64,000 nucleotides of DNA from an uncultured Holophaga sp. GTDB lineage: Bacteria; Acidobacteriota; Holophagae; Holophagales; Holophagaceae. Under the pieces are notes generated by a model, which saw nothing but the letters and a program-made list of their open reading frames with translations, searched no databases and was not told the DNA's origin. The stretch is taken from positions 1,280,001 to 1,344,000 of the forward strand of contig OY761614.1 of assembly GCA_963664825.1 (NCBI GenBank), written 5' to 3'. Of the stretch, positions 19,313-29,603 are shown in pieces (position 1 is the stretch's first letter; the number at the start of each line of letters is the position of its first letter). Both the position numbers and the translations under genes were made by a program.

Positions 19313-19495
19313 CATTAGGACAAGAGGATTGCTCTGTACATGGACCTGGTTGGTGAGATGACGTTCGGGCAAACCCTTGGGTTGATCATGCCGTGACGGA
19401 TTGGCCTTTGGCGAGGTTTATAGTGCGTCACGATTAAGGGCGTGGCTTGCCGTCCACACTTCGCAAGTAAGGTGCACCTCCCCCAGCGCGATACC

Positions 19496-19780
19496 TCAGC
19501 GCCGAGGTTCCGGTCTGCGCGGGGCGGCCTTGGGCTTGCCCCAGTAGCTGGTCTCGGCCACGAAGCAGATGTTCTCCAGGTCCGTCACCCGCTCCTGCAT
19601 GCAGTTCTGGGCGTCTGCGATGGCCTGGCCATAGATCGCGGGGCCAATCTCCTTCAGGCAGAAATCCAGGAATTGCCCCGCCCCCAGTTCCCCCAGGTCC
19701 TGGCCATAGGATTCCGAGACGAAGCGCTGGATGCGCTCCTTCAGGCGCTTCTGGGTATCGAGGGGAAGCTTGATTTCCAT
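19496..19780 (-). CDS. DUF2164-like small protein
   Basis: IQRFVSESYGQDLGELGAGQFLDFCLKEIGPAIYGQAIADAQ resembles the DUF2164 pattern. Confidence 0.75.
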   Translation of the reverse strand: MEIKLPLDTQKRLKERIQRFVSESYGQDLGELGAGQFLDFCLKEIGPAIYGQAIADAQNCMQERVTDLENICFVAETSYWGKPKAAPRRPEPRR

Positions 19781-19799
19781 GGGTCTCCCGGGGCGGGCC

Positions 19800-22700
19800 T
19801 CAGTGCTTGCCCAGCAGCTGATCCAGTTCAGCATAGGCCAAGTCCAGACCCAGCCTGGCGGCGAGGGCATCGGCCTGGGCGCTGCGGGCGGAGGCCTCGG
19901 CCTCGGCCATCTTGGCCGCGGAGATGAGGCCCGTCTTCTGTTCGTTGGCCGCGATACGGGCCTTCTCCACGTTCAGGGCACAGGCCTCCTCGGCCACCTC
20001 CACCATGAGCCCGGCCGTCTCCACCTTCCTTCGGAGCTTGCCCAGATCGATCTCCACGCGGTTGCGGACCCGACGCTGGTTCTCGGAGGCCTGGCTCACC
20101 ACGGCGGCCCGCTGGCTCACGACCCCGGCCTTCTTGCCCCAATCGAAGATGGACCAGCTGAGGGTGAGGCCCACCGAGGTGGAGTTGTTCCGCAGGAAGG
20201 GCACGCCGTGCTGATAGGTCTGGCGGGCGAAGGCACTGACCTCCGGGATGTACTCGTTCTTCCCGGCCCTGAGGGCGCTGCGGCTCTTGTCCAGGGATTC
20301 CTTGACCATGGCCAGCTCGGGATTGCCCTTCAGCGCTTGCTCCAGCAGGACATCCTGGGCAGGCAGGGTGCGGGCCTGGAGTTCCACGGGGGCCAGTTCC
20401 AGGGGCGTATCCAGGGCCTGGCCCAGGAGATCGTTCAGCTCCGAACTGAGGTCGCTGATGGAGGCCTCGGCGGAGAGTTCCTGATGACGGTGCTGGAGGA
20501 GCTGGGCGCGACTGCCGGTCTGGAGCACCTTCAGCGCATTGCCCGCCTTCACAGCCACCCGGGCATCCTGGTCCAGGAGCTGAGCGGCCTGGACGCCGGA
20601 GCGAGCGGCCTCCAGTTTCGCCTGGGCGATGAGCAGGCCCATGTAGACCTGGCGGGTCTTGAAGGCGATATCGGCCTCCATCTTCCGCAGCTCGGCCTGG
20701 GACAAGCGCTCTTCGGCCGAGGCCACCTTGTTGCCCTGGTGGATCTTGAAGAGCTGGGTGAGGGGCTGGCCCAGGGTGATGTTCTGGAGGTAGATGGTAT
20801 TGTCCCCCTGGCCCAGGGACGTCTCCTGGGTCGGAAAGGCGCCCAGGCCCGGGATGGTGCCCAGGGCGCCCTTGGGGATCTTCACCAGCTGGTCGCCCGT
20901 GGTATTGACCCACAGGGCATCGGCCCCCAGCTGGGGCAGGTAATCGGCCCACGCTGTGCGGCGCTTGGCCTGGGCCTCCTCCACCTTGGCCCTCGAGATC
21001 TTCACGCCGGAACTGTTCTGGAGCGCTCCCTGGATGGCCGTCTCCACCGTCAGGTGCTTAACGACGGGCGCTTCGGCGCTCGAAAGGGTCGGCGCCACCA
21101 CCAGGAGGAGCACGAGGAGGGCCGTCGTGGCACCAGTGCCAGCTCCCGTTCCAGCGGCGCGCCTCTCCCGGCGCCTGAAGACGAGCACGTAGAGCACGGG
21201 CACCACCAGGAGCGTGAAGAACATGGAGAAGATGAGGCCCACCGCCAGCACGCTGGCCAGGGGGCTCCAGAGTTTGGAACCCGACAGGATCATGGGCGTC
21301 ACGCCCACGGCGGCGGCCATGGTGGTGAGGAAAATGGGGCGCAGTCGGCGCACGCCCGCTTGCATGGCGGCCTCCGGGAGGGGCAGGCCCTCCCGCAGTT
21401 TTTCCTTCATGAAATCGATGAGGATGATGGCGTTGCGCACCACGATGCCGCAGAGGCTGACCATGCCCATGAAGGCCGTGAAGCCGAAGGAATTGCGGGT
21501 GATGATCAGGCCGAACACGACGCCGAAGAGCGAGAGCGGGATGGAGGCCATGACCACCAGGGGTTCCAGGAGGTTCCGGAACTGGATCATGAGGATGAGG
21601 AAAATGGCCAGGAGGCCGATGGAGAGGGCCATGGCCATCTCGGGGAAGGTCTCGTTCTGGTTATCCATCTCGCCGCCCATGTACAGGTTGTAGCCGGGGG
21701 GCAGGGGAAGGGCCTTCAGCTTGGCGAGGTTGTCCTTCAGCAGGGCGGAGGCATAGACCCCGGGAGCGGGAGAACAGCGCACGGTGAGGGTCGGCACCCC
21801 ATTGCGCCGCACGATGCGGCTGGTCTGCCAGGTGGGTTCCAGGCTGGCGATGGCCCGCAGGGGCACCTTGCCCTCGGCAAGGGTGGAGCCCACATAGGTG
21901 TCCCGCACATCGTCGAAGGAGGTGCGGTGCTCCGGATCCACCCGCAGCAGGATATTCACGGCCCGATCCCCCTCCCAGAAGGTGCTCACCGGTGTGCCAT
22001 CGAAGGCGCCCGAGAGGAGCTTGGAGACCCCGGCGTGGGTCATGCCCAGGCGGCTGGCCAGCTCGGTGTTGAGATTCACGTCCACCATGGCCGAATCGTT
22101 GCGGTAATCCGTATGGACGTAACGCGAGCGGCGATCGGCCCGGAAGATATCCTCGATCTGGCGCCCGAGGACCTTGAGCTGGGCGATATCCTCCCCGGAG
22201 ATGCGCACCTCGATGGGGGCCTCCATGACGGAGCCCTGCTGGAGTTCCTTCACGATCACCATGCCCTCGGGCACGAGATGGGCCAGGCGGGTCTGGAGTT
22301 CACTCACCAGGGGCACGGTGGCCTTCACGTGATGGGTGTTGACAATCATCTGCCCGTAGGCTGGATCGGGCTGCTGGGGATTCACGTTGTAGTAGAAGCG
22401 GGGCGCACTCTGGCCGACGAAGCTGGCGAAGTGAGCCACCTCCTTGTCCTGGGAAAGATTCGTCTCGATGCGATGCAAGACCGCATCGGTGGCCTCGATG
22501 CGCGTGCCCTGGGGCATCCAGAGATCGATGACGAACTGGTTGCGCTCGGCGCTGGGGAAGAACTGGCGAGGCACGAAGCGGAAGAGCAGCCCCCCCATCA
22601 GGATGGCGGCGACTCCCAGGCCCACGGCCAGGGAGGGATGGGCCATGAAGTGGGTGATGGCCTTCATGTAGACATCCTGGAGGGCGTCCAGGACGCTGAA

Positions 22701-24227
22701 CTTCTTCGCCTTTTCCGAAGGTTCCGCGCTGTGGTCGTGGAGCCCCTGCTTGATGAAGGTCCTGCAGAGCAGGGGCGTCAGGAAGATGGCCACCAGGAAG
22801 GAAACCGAGAGGGCCACGGCCACGGTGATGGGAAGGGCGATGATGAATTCACCCACGCTGCCCGAGAGGATCACCAGGGGCAGGAATGAGGCGATGATGG
22901 TGAGGGTGGCGGTGAGCACCGGCACGAGCACTTCGGTGGCGGCCCGCCAGGCGGCCTCCGGGCGCGGGACCTTGTGGTCCAGGAGCTCCACGTAGTTGTC
23001 CGCGATGACGATGGCGTCATCGACCACGATGCCCAATACGAGAATCAGGGCGGCGATGGAGACCTGGTGGAGCTGCACGCCAAAGGCGTTCATCACGCCG
23101 ATGGTAGAGAGCATGGTCACGGGGATGGCCACCGCAGCGATGAGGGCCACCCGCATGGGCAGCAGGATCACCGTCACGAGGACTACGCACAGGATGGCGA
23201 TCAGGAACTCGTGGCCCATGCCGGAGATCCGCTCCTGCACGACCTTGGGCTGGTTGGCGATGAAGTCCATCTTGAGATCCGGCGGCAGCAGGGGCCTCAA
23301 TTGATTCAGCGCCTTGCCGACCCGGTCCCCCAGTTCGACGATGTTATTGCCCTTCTGCATCTCCACGGAGATCATCACGGCGGCCTTGCCGTCGAAGCGC
23401 ACCATGAACTCAGGGTCCTGGTAGCGGCGCTCCACGTTGGCGAAGTCCCCGATATAGATGGGCTGGCCGGTGCGGGACATGCCCACCATGACCCTGCGGA
23501 CCTCGTCTTCGGTATTGAAGGCGCCAGTGGTGTGGAGGGGGATCTTCTCGGCCTCCGTGCGCACGCTGCCGGCCCCCTGGACCACGTTGCGCTGACTGAG
23601 GGCGCCCATGACCTTGAGGGGATCGGTGAAGTACTGACTCATGCGCTCCAGACTGCTGGTGACCCAGATCTGCTCGTTTTGTTGGCCGATGGTGGTGATC
23701 TTGCCGACCTCGGGTACGGTACGCAGGGTGTCCTGGATCCGGTCCACGTAGTCCCGCAATTCCCGATAGCCATAGCGCTCGCCGCTGACGGCCACCAGCA
23801 TGGCCACGGTGTCGCCGAAATCGGAATTGACGATGGGGCCCATGACCTCCCGGGGCAGGGAGGTGGCCTTCACCGTGTTCAGCTCGTGGCGCAGCTTGGC
23901 CCAGAACACATCCGGGTTCTTGACGTTCTTCTCCAGCTCCACGTTGATGATGGCCACCCCAGGTCGGCTGGTGGAGAAGGTCTTGGCCCGACGCACCTCC
24001 TGGAACTTGAAGATGGAGGCCTCGAGGGTCTTGGTGACCTGTTTCTCCACCTGCTCGGAGGTGGCTCCCGGATAGGCGGCCATCACCAGACCCGTGCGGA
24101 TGGTGATGGTGGGGTCCTCGGTGCGGGGCATGAACATGAGGGAACGGATGCCCACCGAAACGAGCATCACCGCCAGGATGGCGGTCAGGGTGGGATAGCG
24201 GAGGCAGGCCTTGATCATCTTCTGCAT
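19800..24227 (-). CDS. RND efflux permease (AcrB family) fused to a TolC-family outer-membrane factor
   Basis: 1475 aa; GIVVDDAIV, VRNAIILID, RLRPIFLTT, then a ~430-aa OMF region (LTVETAIQGALQN, YLPQL, QPLTQL, GLTLSWSIFDWG). Confidence 0.92.
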   Translation of the reverse strand: MQKMIKACLRYPTLTAILAVMLVSVGIRSLMFMPRTEDPTITIRTGLVMAAYPGATSEQVEKQVTKTLEASIFKFQEVRRAKTFSTSRPGVAIINVELEKNVKNPDVFWAKLRHELNTVKATSLPREVMGPIVNSDFGDTVAMLVAVSGERYGYRELRDYVDRIQDTLRTVPEVGKITTIGQQNEQIWVTSSLERMSQYFTDPLKVMGALSQRNVVQGAGSVRTEAEKIPLHTTGAFNTEDEVRRVMVGMSRTGQPIYIGDFANVERRYQDPEFMVRFDGKAAVMISVEMQKGNNIVELGDRVGKALNQLRPLLPPDLKMDFIANQPKVVQERISGMGHEFLIAILCVVLVTVILLPMRVALIAAVAIPVTMLSTIGVMNAFGVQLHQVSIAALILVLGIVVDDAIVIADNYVELLDHKVPRPEAAWRAATEVLVPVLTATLTIIASFLPLVILSGSVGEFIIALPITVAVALSVSFLVAIFLTPLLCRTFIKQGLHDHSAEPSEKAKKFSVLDALQDVYMKAITHFMAHPSLAVGLGVAAILMGGLLFRFVPRQFFPSAERNQFVIDLWMPQGTRIEATDAVLHRIETNLSQDKEVAHFASFVGQSAPRFYYNVNPQQPDPAYGQMIVNTHHVKATVPLVSELQTRLAHLVPEGMVIVKELQQGSVMEAPIEVRISGEDIAQLKVLGRQIEDIFRADRRSRYVHTDYRNDSAMVDVNLNTELASRLGMTHAGVSKLLSGAFDGTPVSTFWEGDRAVNILLRVDPEHRTSFDDVRDTYVGSTLAEGKVPLRAIASLEPTWQTSRIVRRNGVPTLTVRCSPAPGVYASALLKDNLAKLKALPLPPGYNLYMGGEMDNQNETFPEMAMALSIGLLAIFLILMIQFRNLLEPLVVMASIPLSLFGVVFGLIITRNSFGFTAFMGMVSLCGIVVRNAIILIDFMKEKLREGLPLPEAAMQAGVRRLRPIFLTTMAAAVGVTPMILSGSKLWSPLASVLAVGLIFSMFFTLLVVPVLYVLVFRRRERRAAGTGAGTGATTALLVLLLVVAPTLSSAEAPVVKHLTVETAIQGALQNSSGVKISRAKVEEAQAKRRTAWADYLPQLGADALWVNTTGDQLVKIPKGALGTIPGLGAFPTQETSLGQGDNTIYLQNITLGQPLTQLFKIHQGNKVASAEERLSQAELRKMEADIAFKTRQVYMGLLIAQAKLEAARSGVQAAQLLDQDARVAVKAGNALKVLQTGSRAQLLQHRHQELSAEASISDLSSELNDLLGQALDTPLELAPVELQARTLPAQDVLLEQALKGNPELAMVKESLDKSRSALRAGKNEYIPEVSAFARQTYQHGVPFLRNNSTSVGLTLSWSIFDWGKKAGVVSQRAAVVSQASENQRRVRNRVEIDLGKLRRKVETAGLMVEVAEEACALNVEKARIAANEQKTGLISAAKMAEAEASARSAQADALAARLGLDLAYAELDQLLGKH

Positions 24228-24230
24228 GGC

Positions 24231-25304
24231 CTACTTCCCGGCTTCGGCGAGCATGCCGTTGCGAAGATTGTGCTGACCGGCCACCACGAGGAATTCGTCG
24301 CCCTTGAGGCCCGAGCGGATCTGGATATCCCGACCCAGCACCACGCCCACCTCCACGCGCTTGGAGAAGACACGCTTCTGGTCGGGGTAGTAATGGAAGA
24401 CCAGGGTGGCGCCCTGGGGATCCCGGACGATGGCTTCCGCGGGCACGACGGTCATATCGAGCCTGTGGGTGCCCGTGATGGAGACCTCGGCCACCATGCC
24501 CACCTTGAGTTCCCGGGCGGGGTTGGGGACGCTGATGCGGGTCATGTAGGTGCGGGTAGCAGGATCGGCGGAGATGTTGACCACCTTCACGGTTCCCTTG
24601 AAGGCCTGGCCCGGCAGGGCGGGGAGCGTGACGGTGGCCGACTGGCCCACCTTCACCAGGCGGATATCGGTCTCGGGCACGCCCACGCTGACCTCGATGG
24701 GGTCGAGGGTGGCGATTTCGAAGACGGGCTGGCCTGGGGCCGCCATGGCCCCCGGCTCGATCAGGCGCTTGGCGATGTAGCCTCCGATGGGCGCCACCAG
24801 GCGGGCATCGGCCAGGTTCTTCCGCGCGACGCCCTCCCCTGCCAAGGCCTGCTGGAGCTGCTGATGGGAAGCATCCCGGGCCGCCCTGAATTTGGCAAAA
24901 TCGTTGGGGGCGAGGCTCTGGGTGTCGAAGAGCTGCTGCATGCGCTGGAATTCCCCCTCGGCCCGGGTGGCGGCGGCCCGGGCGGCTTCCGTCTGGGCAT
25001 GGGCGGCTTCCAGGCCATGAGTGAGGTTCACCGCGTCGAGCAAGGCCAGGACCTGGCCTTTCTTGACCGGCTCACCCTCCCGGGGGAACACCTGAAGGGC
25101 CCGGCCCGGCACCAGGAAGGCCACCATGGAAGAGGCCCCGGGAGAGGAGAGGGTCCCACTCACGGAGACCCTTTCCAGTTCCTGGATCCTGCGGGGTTGG
25201 TTCACGCCGATGGTGACGGCGGGGGCTTCCAGGCTGGGGTTCCCCGAGCGGCCGCAGGCCACCAGCAGGAGCAGGGAGAGGGGGAGGATCGGGCAACGGG
25301 ACAT
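24231..25304 (-). CDS. RND periplasmic adaptor (MFP) lipoprotein
   Basis: Lipobox LLVA-C; EGEPVKKGQVLALLD, LVAPIGG, ADPATRTY, LKVGM. Confidence 0.93.
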   Translation of the reverse strand: MSRCPILPLSLLLLVACGRSGNPSLEAPAVTIGVNQPRRIQELERVSVSGTLSSPGASSMVAFLVPGRALQVFPREGEPVKKGQVLALLDAVNLTHGLEAAHAQTEAARAAATRAEGEFQRMQQLFDTQSLAPNDFAKFRAARDASHQQLQQALAGEGVARKNLADARLVAPIGGYIAKRLIEPGAMAAPGQPVFEIATLDPIEVSVGVPETDIRLVKVGQSATVTLPALPGQAFKGTVKVVNISADPATRTYMTRISVPNPARELKVGMVAEVSITGTHRLDMTVVPAEAIVRDPQGATLVFHYYPDQKRVFSKRVEVGVVLGRDIQIRSGLKGDEFLVVAGQHNLRNGMLAEAGK

Positions 25305-25369
25305 GGAATTCCTCGCAGGAGGCAATGGAAGGGATGGGTTTCGAGTGGGCAGGAACAACGGGGTCTGGA

Positions 25370-25840
25370 TCAGGGTGTGGCCCCAGGCTGGGATTCCAGC
25401 CCGACCAACAGGACCGGGGGCAGGCCCACCATCTTGTCGGCCATGATCGTGAGCGTCCGGAGGGTGGTATCGAAATCCTCGGGGCTGATATTGCGGGATA
25501 GAAGGGCGACATATTTCTCGACCTTCGCGTAGATGGACTCCCGGCATTGACGGCCCTTGGGAGTCGAGAAGACCCTCTTGGCCCGCTTGTCGTCCACGGA
25601 TTGTTCGCGCTTCACGAAGCCCTTGGCCTCCATGGACTTCATGGCCTTGGCCGTGGCCGATTTGTCGATGGCCAGCAGGGTGGAGAGCTGCTCCTGGTTG
25701 ATCCCCTCGTTGACCAGGATGGAAACGAGGAAGGCCGATTCCAGGGCGCTCAGGCCCAATTCCAGCACGGAGGCGTTCATGTAATCCAGGGATTGGCGGT
25801 AGACCACACCGAGCACCCGACTGATATGTTCAACTTCCAT
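25370..25840 (-). CDS. MarR-family transcriptional regulator
   Basis: EGINQEQLSTLLAIDKSATAKAMKSMEAKGFVKREQSVDDKRAKRVFSTPKG. Confidence 0.93.
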   Translation of the reverse strand: MEVEHISRVLGVVYRQSLDYMNASVLELGLSALESAFLVSILVNEGINQEQLSTLLAIDKSATAKAMKSMEAKGFVKREQSVDDKRAKRVFSTPKGRQCRESIYAKVEKYVALLSRNISPEDFDTTLRTLTIMADKMVGLPPVLLVGLESQPGATP

Positions 25841-25855
25841 GGACACCCCGAAGGA

Positions 25856-25906
25856 ATGGTTGACCAGAACCACCATTTTGACGATTTGGTGGTGCTTGTC
25901 AACCAT
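25856..25906. promoter_or_regulatory. Two inverted 21-bp operator boxes overlapping the marR promoter
   Basis: ATGGTTGACCAGAACCACCAT (25856-25876) and the reverse complement of 25886-25906 (ATGGTTGACAAGCACCACCAA) match 18/21; TTGACA-N16-CAAAAT on the minus strand. Confidence 0.7.
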
Positions 25907-25921
25907 TTCGTCTGCATACCC

Positions 25922-25946
25922 GAAGGGCCCGCCAGGCGGGCCCTTC
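25922..25946 (-). terminator. GC-rich hairpin downstream of the TlpA-family gene
   Basis: GAAGGGCCCGC-CAG-GCGGGCCCTTC; no clear U-tract. Confidence 0.55.
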
Positions 25947-25965
25947 TGAGGGGATCCGATCCCAG

Positions 25966-27369
25966 CTACTCAGCCTTGGGCGCTTCCTTGACCGGCTCCT
26001 GGGGGAGCTTGGGTTCTTCGGCCTTGGCCTTCAGCATATTGAGTTCTCCGAGGGCCTTCTCGAGGGTGATGGCGAGGTATTCCCCTCGCAGGCGCATGGT
26101 CTCCCCTTCCAGGATCTTGCCATCGGGCCCCACCAGGATGGGGCGGGGAATGGTGCTCAGATTCACGGCCTTGAGGAGGGGATCCTTGCTCTCCTTGCCC
26201 AGGAAGACATGGGTCCAGGGCATGGGATGGGCGGCATCGGCACGGAAGGGGATGATGTCTCCGGCCAGATTGTCCAGGCTGAGGCTCAGGATCTCGAAAC
26301 CGGCGTCCTTGTACTTGGCATAGGCCTCGTGGAGCTTGGGCATCTCCTTCACGCAGGGGCCGCACCAGGTGGCCCAGAAATCCACCAGGAGGAGCTTGCC
26401 CTTGAAGGTCTCCAGACTCACGTCCTTGCCATCGAGATCCTTGAAGGTGAAGGCAGGGAAGGCGGTGCCCTTGCCCACATACTTGGCAGGATCCAGCTGC
26501 TTGGCAGACCGGGCGGCGGCCGTGTCCTTGTACTCGGTGATCAGGGTCTGATAGAGGGGCTTCATCTTCTCCGTGTCGCCCACCCGGGAGGCCGCGGCCA
26601 GCTGGTAGAAGAGGGCCAGGGCCCGGACCTCGGGATCGGGGTTCTCCTTGGCCACGACCTCCCGGAACCCTGCATAGGCTTCGTTGCGGCCCGCGGCGGC
26701 AAAGGAGGCGCCCATGATCTGGGGGGACATGGCCCAGTAGGGGCTCGTGGCGGGCAGCTTATCCAGGGCCAGGGCGGCGCCCTCGGCGGGCAGCTTGGCG
26801 CCTAGCGAGCCCAGGCTCAGGTAGCTCATGGCCAGCAGGCTCTGGTTATCGGCGTCCGTCTCGGCGGCCAGATCCTTGGCCAGGGCCTCCAGATCGGCAT
26901 TCCAATCGATCTTCTCCTGGCTCTTGAGGGCGGCGCGGCCCTTGGTCTCCCGGGCCTTGAAGGCCGCGTAGATGGCCTCGCGCTTCACAAGCTGGGCATC
27001 GGCGCTGATGGACTTCAACTCACCCTTGGGCTTCTCGGGACGGGGCATCAGATCCATGCCCACCAGGCCATCTTCCCCCAGGAGGACGGGGATCTGGAGG
27101 GTCAGATGACCCTTGGCGCGCACATCCAGCAGGTAGAGGCCGGCCTTGGGGATGGGCAGTTTGAAGCCGGGCTTCTTCTTGCTGGGCATACCCAGGCTCT
27201 CGACGCTCTTGAGGGCCAGGGAGCTGGCGCGGGTGGACATGGGAATCAGGCCCACGGTGGCCTGCAGAGGCTTGCCTGCCTCGTTGTAGATCCAGCCTTC
27301 GATGGCTGGGCCCTTGACTGCGGGAGCGGGTGCGGCAAGAAACGCGGGGGCTAGCAGCAGAGGAAGCAT
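25966..27369 (-). CDS. Secreted TlpA/ResA-family thioredoxin-like protein with N-terminal extension
   Basis: Signal peptide; C-terminal FKGKLLLVDFWATWCGPC and cis-Pro loop TIPRPILVGPDG. Confidence 0.9.
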   Translation of the reverse strand: MLPLLLAPAFLAAPAPAVKGPAIEGWIYNEAGKPLQATVGLIPMSTRASSLALKSVESLGMPSKKKPGFKLPIPKAGLYLLDVRAKGHLTLQIPVLLGEDGLVGMDLMPRPEKPKGELKSISADAQLVKREAIYAAFKARETKGRAALKSQEKIDWNADLEALAKDLAAETDADNQSLLAMSYLSLGSLGAKLPAEGAALALDKLPATSPYWAMSPQIMGASFAAAGRNEAYAGFREVVAKENPDPEVRALALFYQLAAASRVGDTEKMKPLYQTLITEYKDTAAARSAKQLDPAKYVGKGTAFPAFTFKDLDGKDVSLETFKGKLLLVDFWATWCGPCVKEMPKLHEAYAKYKDAGFEILSLSLDNLAGDIIPFRADAAHPMPWTHVFLGKESKDPLLKAVNLSTIPRPILVGPDGKILEGETMRLRGEYLAITLEKALGELNMLKAKAEEPKLPQEPVKEAPKAE

Positions 27370-27422
27370 GATGTCTCCGGAATGGAAGCCCCAAGAATAC
27401 TCCAGCCCATGGGAAAACACCC

Positions 27423-27956
27423 TTATAACAACTCGCGCAGCAGGGCCTCCCCCCGGGGCCAGTCACCGAAGCCCGAGGCGGCATTGATATGGCCCCCGAC
27501 ACCGATATCGCTGAGGATCCCGTCCCAGGCCTCGGCGAAGATCCTGGCCCGGTCCAGGGAGAGGTAGGGGTCATCGCTGCTGACCACCACCCGGCTGGGG
27601 AAGGGCAGACCGAAAAGGGGCACGGGCGCAAAGCCCCGGAGAGCCTCCGGTGTCCCAGAGGCCTCCACATCCGGAGGGGCCACCAGCAGGGCGCCATGCA
27701 CGGGTTCTTCGAAGGCTTCGGCCCAGTGGACGATGGCCAGGCAGCCCAGGGAATGGCCCACGAGGAGAGGTGGATCCCCTTCTTCGTTGGCCTTGCGGAT
27801 GGCGTCATCCAAGGCCTCGATCCATTCGACCCGCCGGGGAAACTCCCAATTGGGCATCTCCACCCGATGGGCATTCCGCATCTGGGCCTCCCAGAGGGTC
27901 TGCCAATGGCCGGGGTCGGAATTCAGGTATCCGGGGACGATCAGGATCTGTCGCAT
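27423..27956 (-). CDS. RBBP9/YdeN-family alpha/beta hydrolase
   Basis: VPGYLNSDPGHWQ, GHSLG, SSDDPY, GHINAASGFGDWP. Confidence 0.92.
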   Translation of the reverse strand: MRQILIVPGYLNSDPGHWQTLWEAQMRNAHRVEMPNWEFPRRVEWIEALDDAIRKANEEGDPPLLVGHSLGCLAIVHWAEAFEEPVHGALLVAPPDVEASGTPEALRGFAPVPLFGLPFPSRVVVSSDDPYLSLDRARIFAEAWDGILSDIGVGGHINAASGFGDWPRGEALLRELL

Positions 27957-28010
27957 GGGGCACTCTGGGGAAGCGTCCCCATTATAGTGTTCCCATCGAA
28001 CAGGCGGGAC

Positions 28011-29603
28011 CTACAGCTTGAAGCGCTGGATCATGCCCTGCAGCTTCTCGCCGACCCTGGCCAGATCGGAAGCCGTGCGGGCGATCTCGGTGGTGGTCGC
28101 CGACATCTGGGCCGTGGCCGAGGCCGTCGCGGTGGATTCCTGGACTCCCTGTTCCACCAGGCGCGCCACCTCGGCACCGGCCCGACTCTGTTCCACCGTG
28201 GCCACGGTCACCTGGCGGGTCTGGGAAGCGAACTGTTCCAGGCTGGCGCGGATCTGTTTGAGCAGCTGGGCGGTGGTCTCCACCGTGGAGACCCCCTTGC
28301 CCACCGCCTCCCGGGCCGCCTCGATGTTCTGGGCGATGTCCTTGGCGGAAGTCCCGCTGCGCTCCGCCAGCTTGCGGACCTCCTCGGCCACCACGGCGAA
28401 GCCCTTGCCCTGGTCCCCGGCCTTGGCCGCCTCGATGGCGGCGTTCAGGGAAAGCAGGTTCGTCTGGTTGGCGATCTCCGTGATGACATGGATGGCGCTG
28501 GCGATCCGCTCCGCCGTGGCGGTCACGCCCTTCATGGCCGTCTGGGTCGCGCCCCCGGCCTCATCCCCCTTCTGGGTGGCGTCCAGGGCGCCCTCCATCA
28601 CGCGCAGGGAACCCTGGGCGCTCTGGCTCACTTCGTCGATGGAGGCCGAGAGTTCGGCGATGGCGGAGGCCATGTGCTCCGAGCTACCCCTCTGGGAATC
28701 CGTGGTCCGGGCGATCTGCTCGGTGGTGGCGGCCATCTCCTCGGAGGAGGCGGAGAGCTCCGTGGCGGAGGAGGCCAGGATCTGGACATCGCCCGAGAGC
28801 TCTCGCAGCAGTTTCCGGATGTTTTCGATCATGCTCTGGTAGTTGCGGCCCAGTTCCCCCATCTCATCCCGACGCGAGCGGAAGGCCTCGGGCACATCCA
28901 CGGAGAAATCGCCCTCCTCCAGCATACGGGTCTTGGCGATCACGGCCTTCAGATCGCCCACGTAGAGGCGGGTGATGGTCCTGCCCATCACGGTGGCCAG
29001 GACCCCGCCCAGGAGCAAGGCCAGCACCACCACCAGCCGGGCCTGGGTATGAGCGCGCTCAGCCTGGGCGTTGGCCTCCTGCATAGAGACCTGAAGATGG
29101 TCCAGGTACAGTTTGAGCGCCGCGTCCGTATTGGCCTTGATCCTCCCGCCCTCCTGCAGGTAGATCTCCGCGGCCTGGGCGGACTTGCCGGCATCGGCCA
29201 GGGCGGTCACCTGGTCGTTGGTGGACTTGCCCTCTACCAGTGTGCGTTCGAAGGCCGCCAGCAGCTGCTTGCCCTCCTCCGAGGAGGAGGTACCCTTCAG
29301 TTCCGTGATGGTGGTCTTGTAGGTCCCCCGAAGTTCCTGGATGCGCGCATGGATGGCGCCCCTTTCCGAGGGAGTCTTGGCGGCGGTCAGTTCCCAGGTG
29401 GCCAGATTGATCCGGGAGAGGGCATCGATCATCTCGTGGGTGCGTTCGGAGCGATGGGCCGCCCGCATCACGCTTTCGCGCCCCTGGGACATCCGATCCA
29501 TCCCCCACAGGGCCAGGGCGAAGATCACGAGCATGGCGGCGCCCAGGGAACCGAAGCCGAGGGTGAGCCGCTTCCAGATCGGCATGTTCTTCAGATCGAA
29601 CAT
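28011..29603 (-). CDS. Methyl-accepting chemotaxis protein
   Basis: Two transmembrane helices around a four-helix sensor, HAMP (RRDEMGEL), hairpin tip [40 protein letters not shown]. Confidence 0.95.
   Translation of the reverse strand: MFDLKNMPIWKRLTLGFGSLGAAMLVIFALALWGMDRMSQGRESVMRAAHRSERTHEMIDALSRINLATWELTAAKTPSERGAIHARIQELRGTYKTTITELKGTSSSEEGKQLLAAFERTLVEGKSTNDQVTALADAGKSAQAAEIYLQEGGRIKANTDAALKLYLDHLQVSMQEANAQAERAHTQARLVVVLALLLGGVLATVMGRTITRLYVGDLKAVIAKTRMLEEGDFSVDVPEAFRSRRDEMGELGRNYQSMIENIRKLLRELSGDVQILASSATELSASSEEMAATTEQIARTTDSQRGSSEHMASAIAELSASIDEVSQSAQGSLRVMEGALDATQKGDEAGGATQTAMKGVTATAERIASAIHVITEIANQTNLLSLNAAIEAAKAGDQGKGFAVVAEEVRKLAERSGTSAKDIAQNIEAAREAVGKGVSTVETTAQLLKQIRASLEQFASQTRQVTVATVEQSRAGAEVARLVEQGVQESTATASATAQMSATTTEIARTASDLARVGEKLQGMIQRFKL

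Noticed and set aside
19731..25532. Very long plus-strand ORFs (1052 and 852 aa) opposite the RND/MFP genes; likewise 2590..4224, 8533..10467, 27489..29972, 29059..31395, 31245..33644, 36041..37885 and 41801..43438
   Set aside because: Antisense shadows of GC-rich genes with biased codon usage; no motifs, and the opposite strand carries clear family signatures
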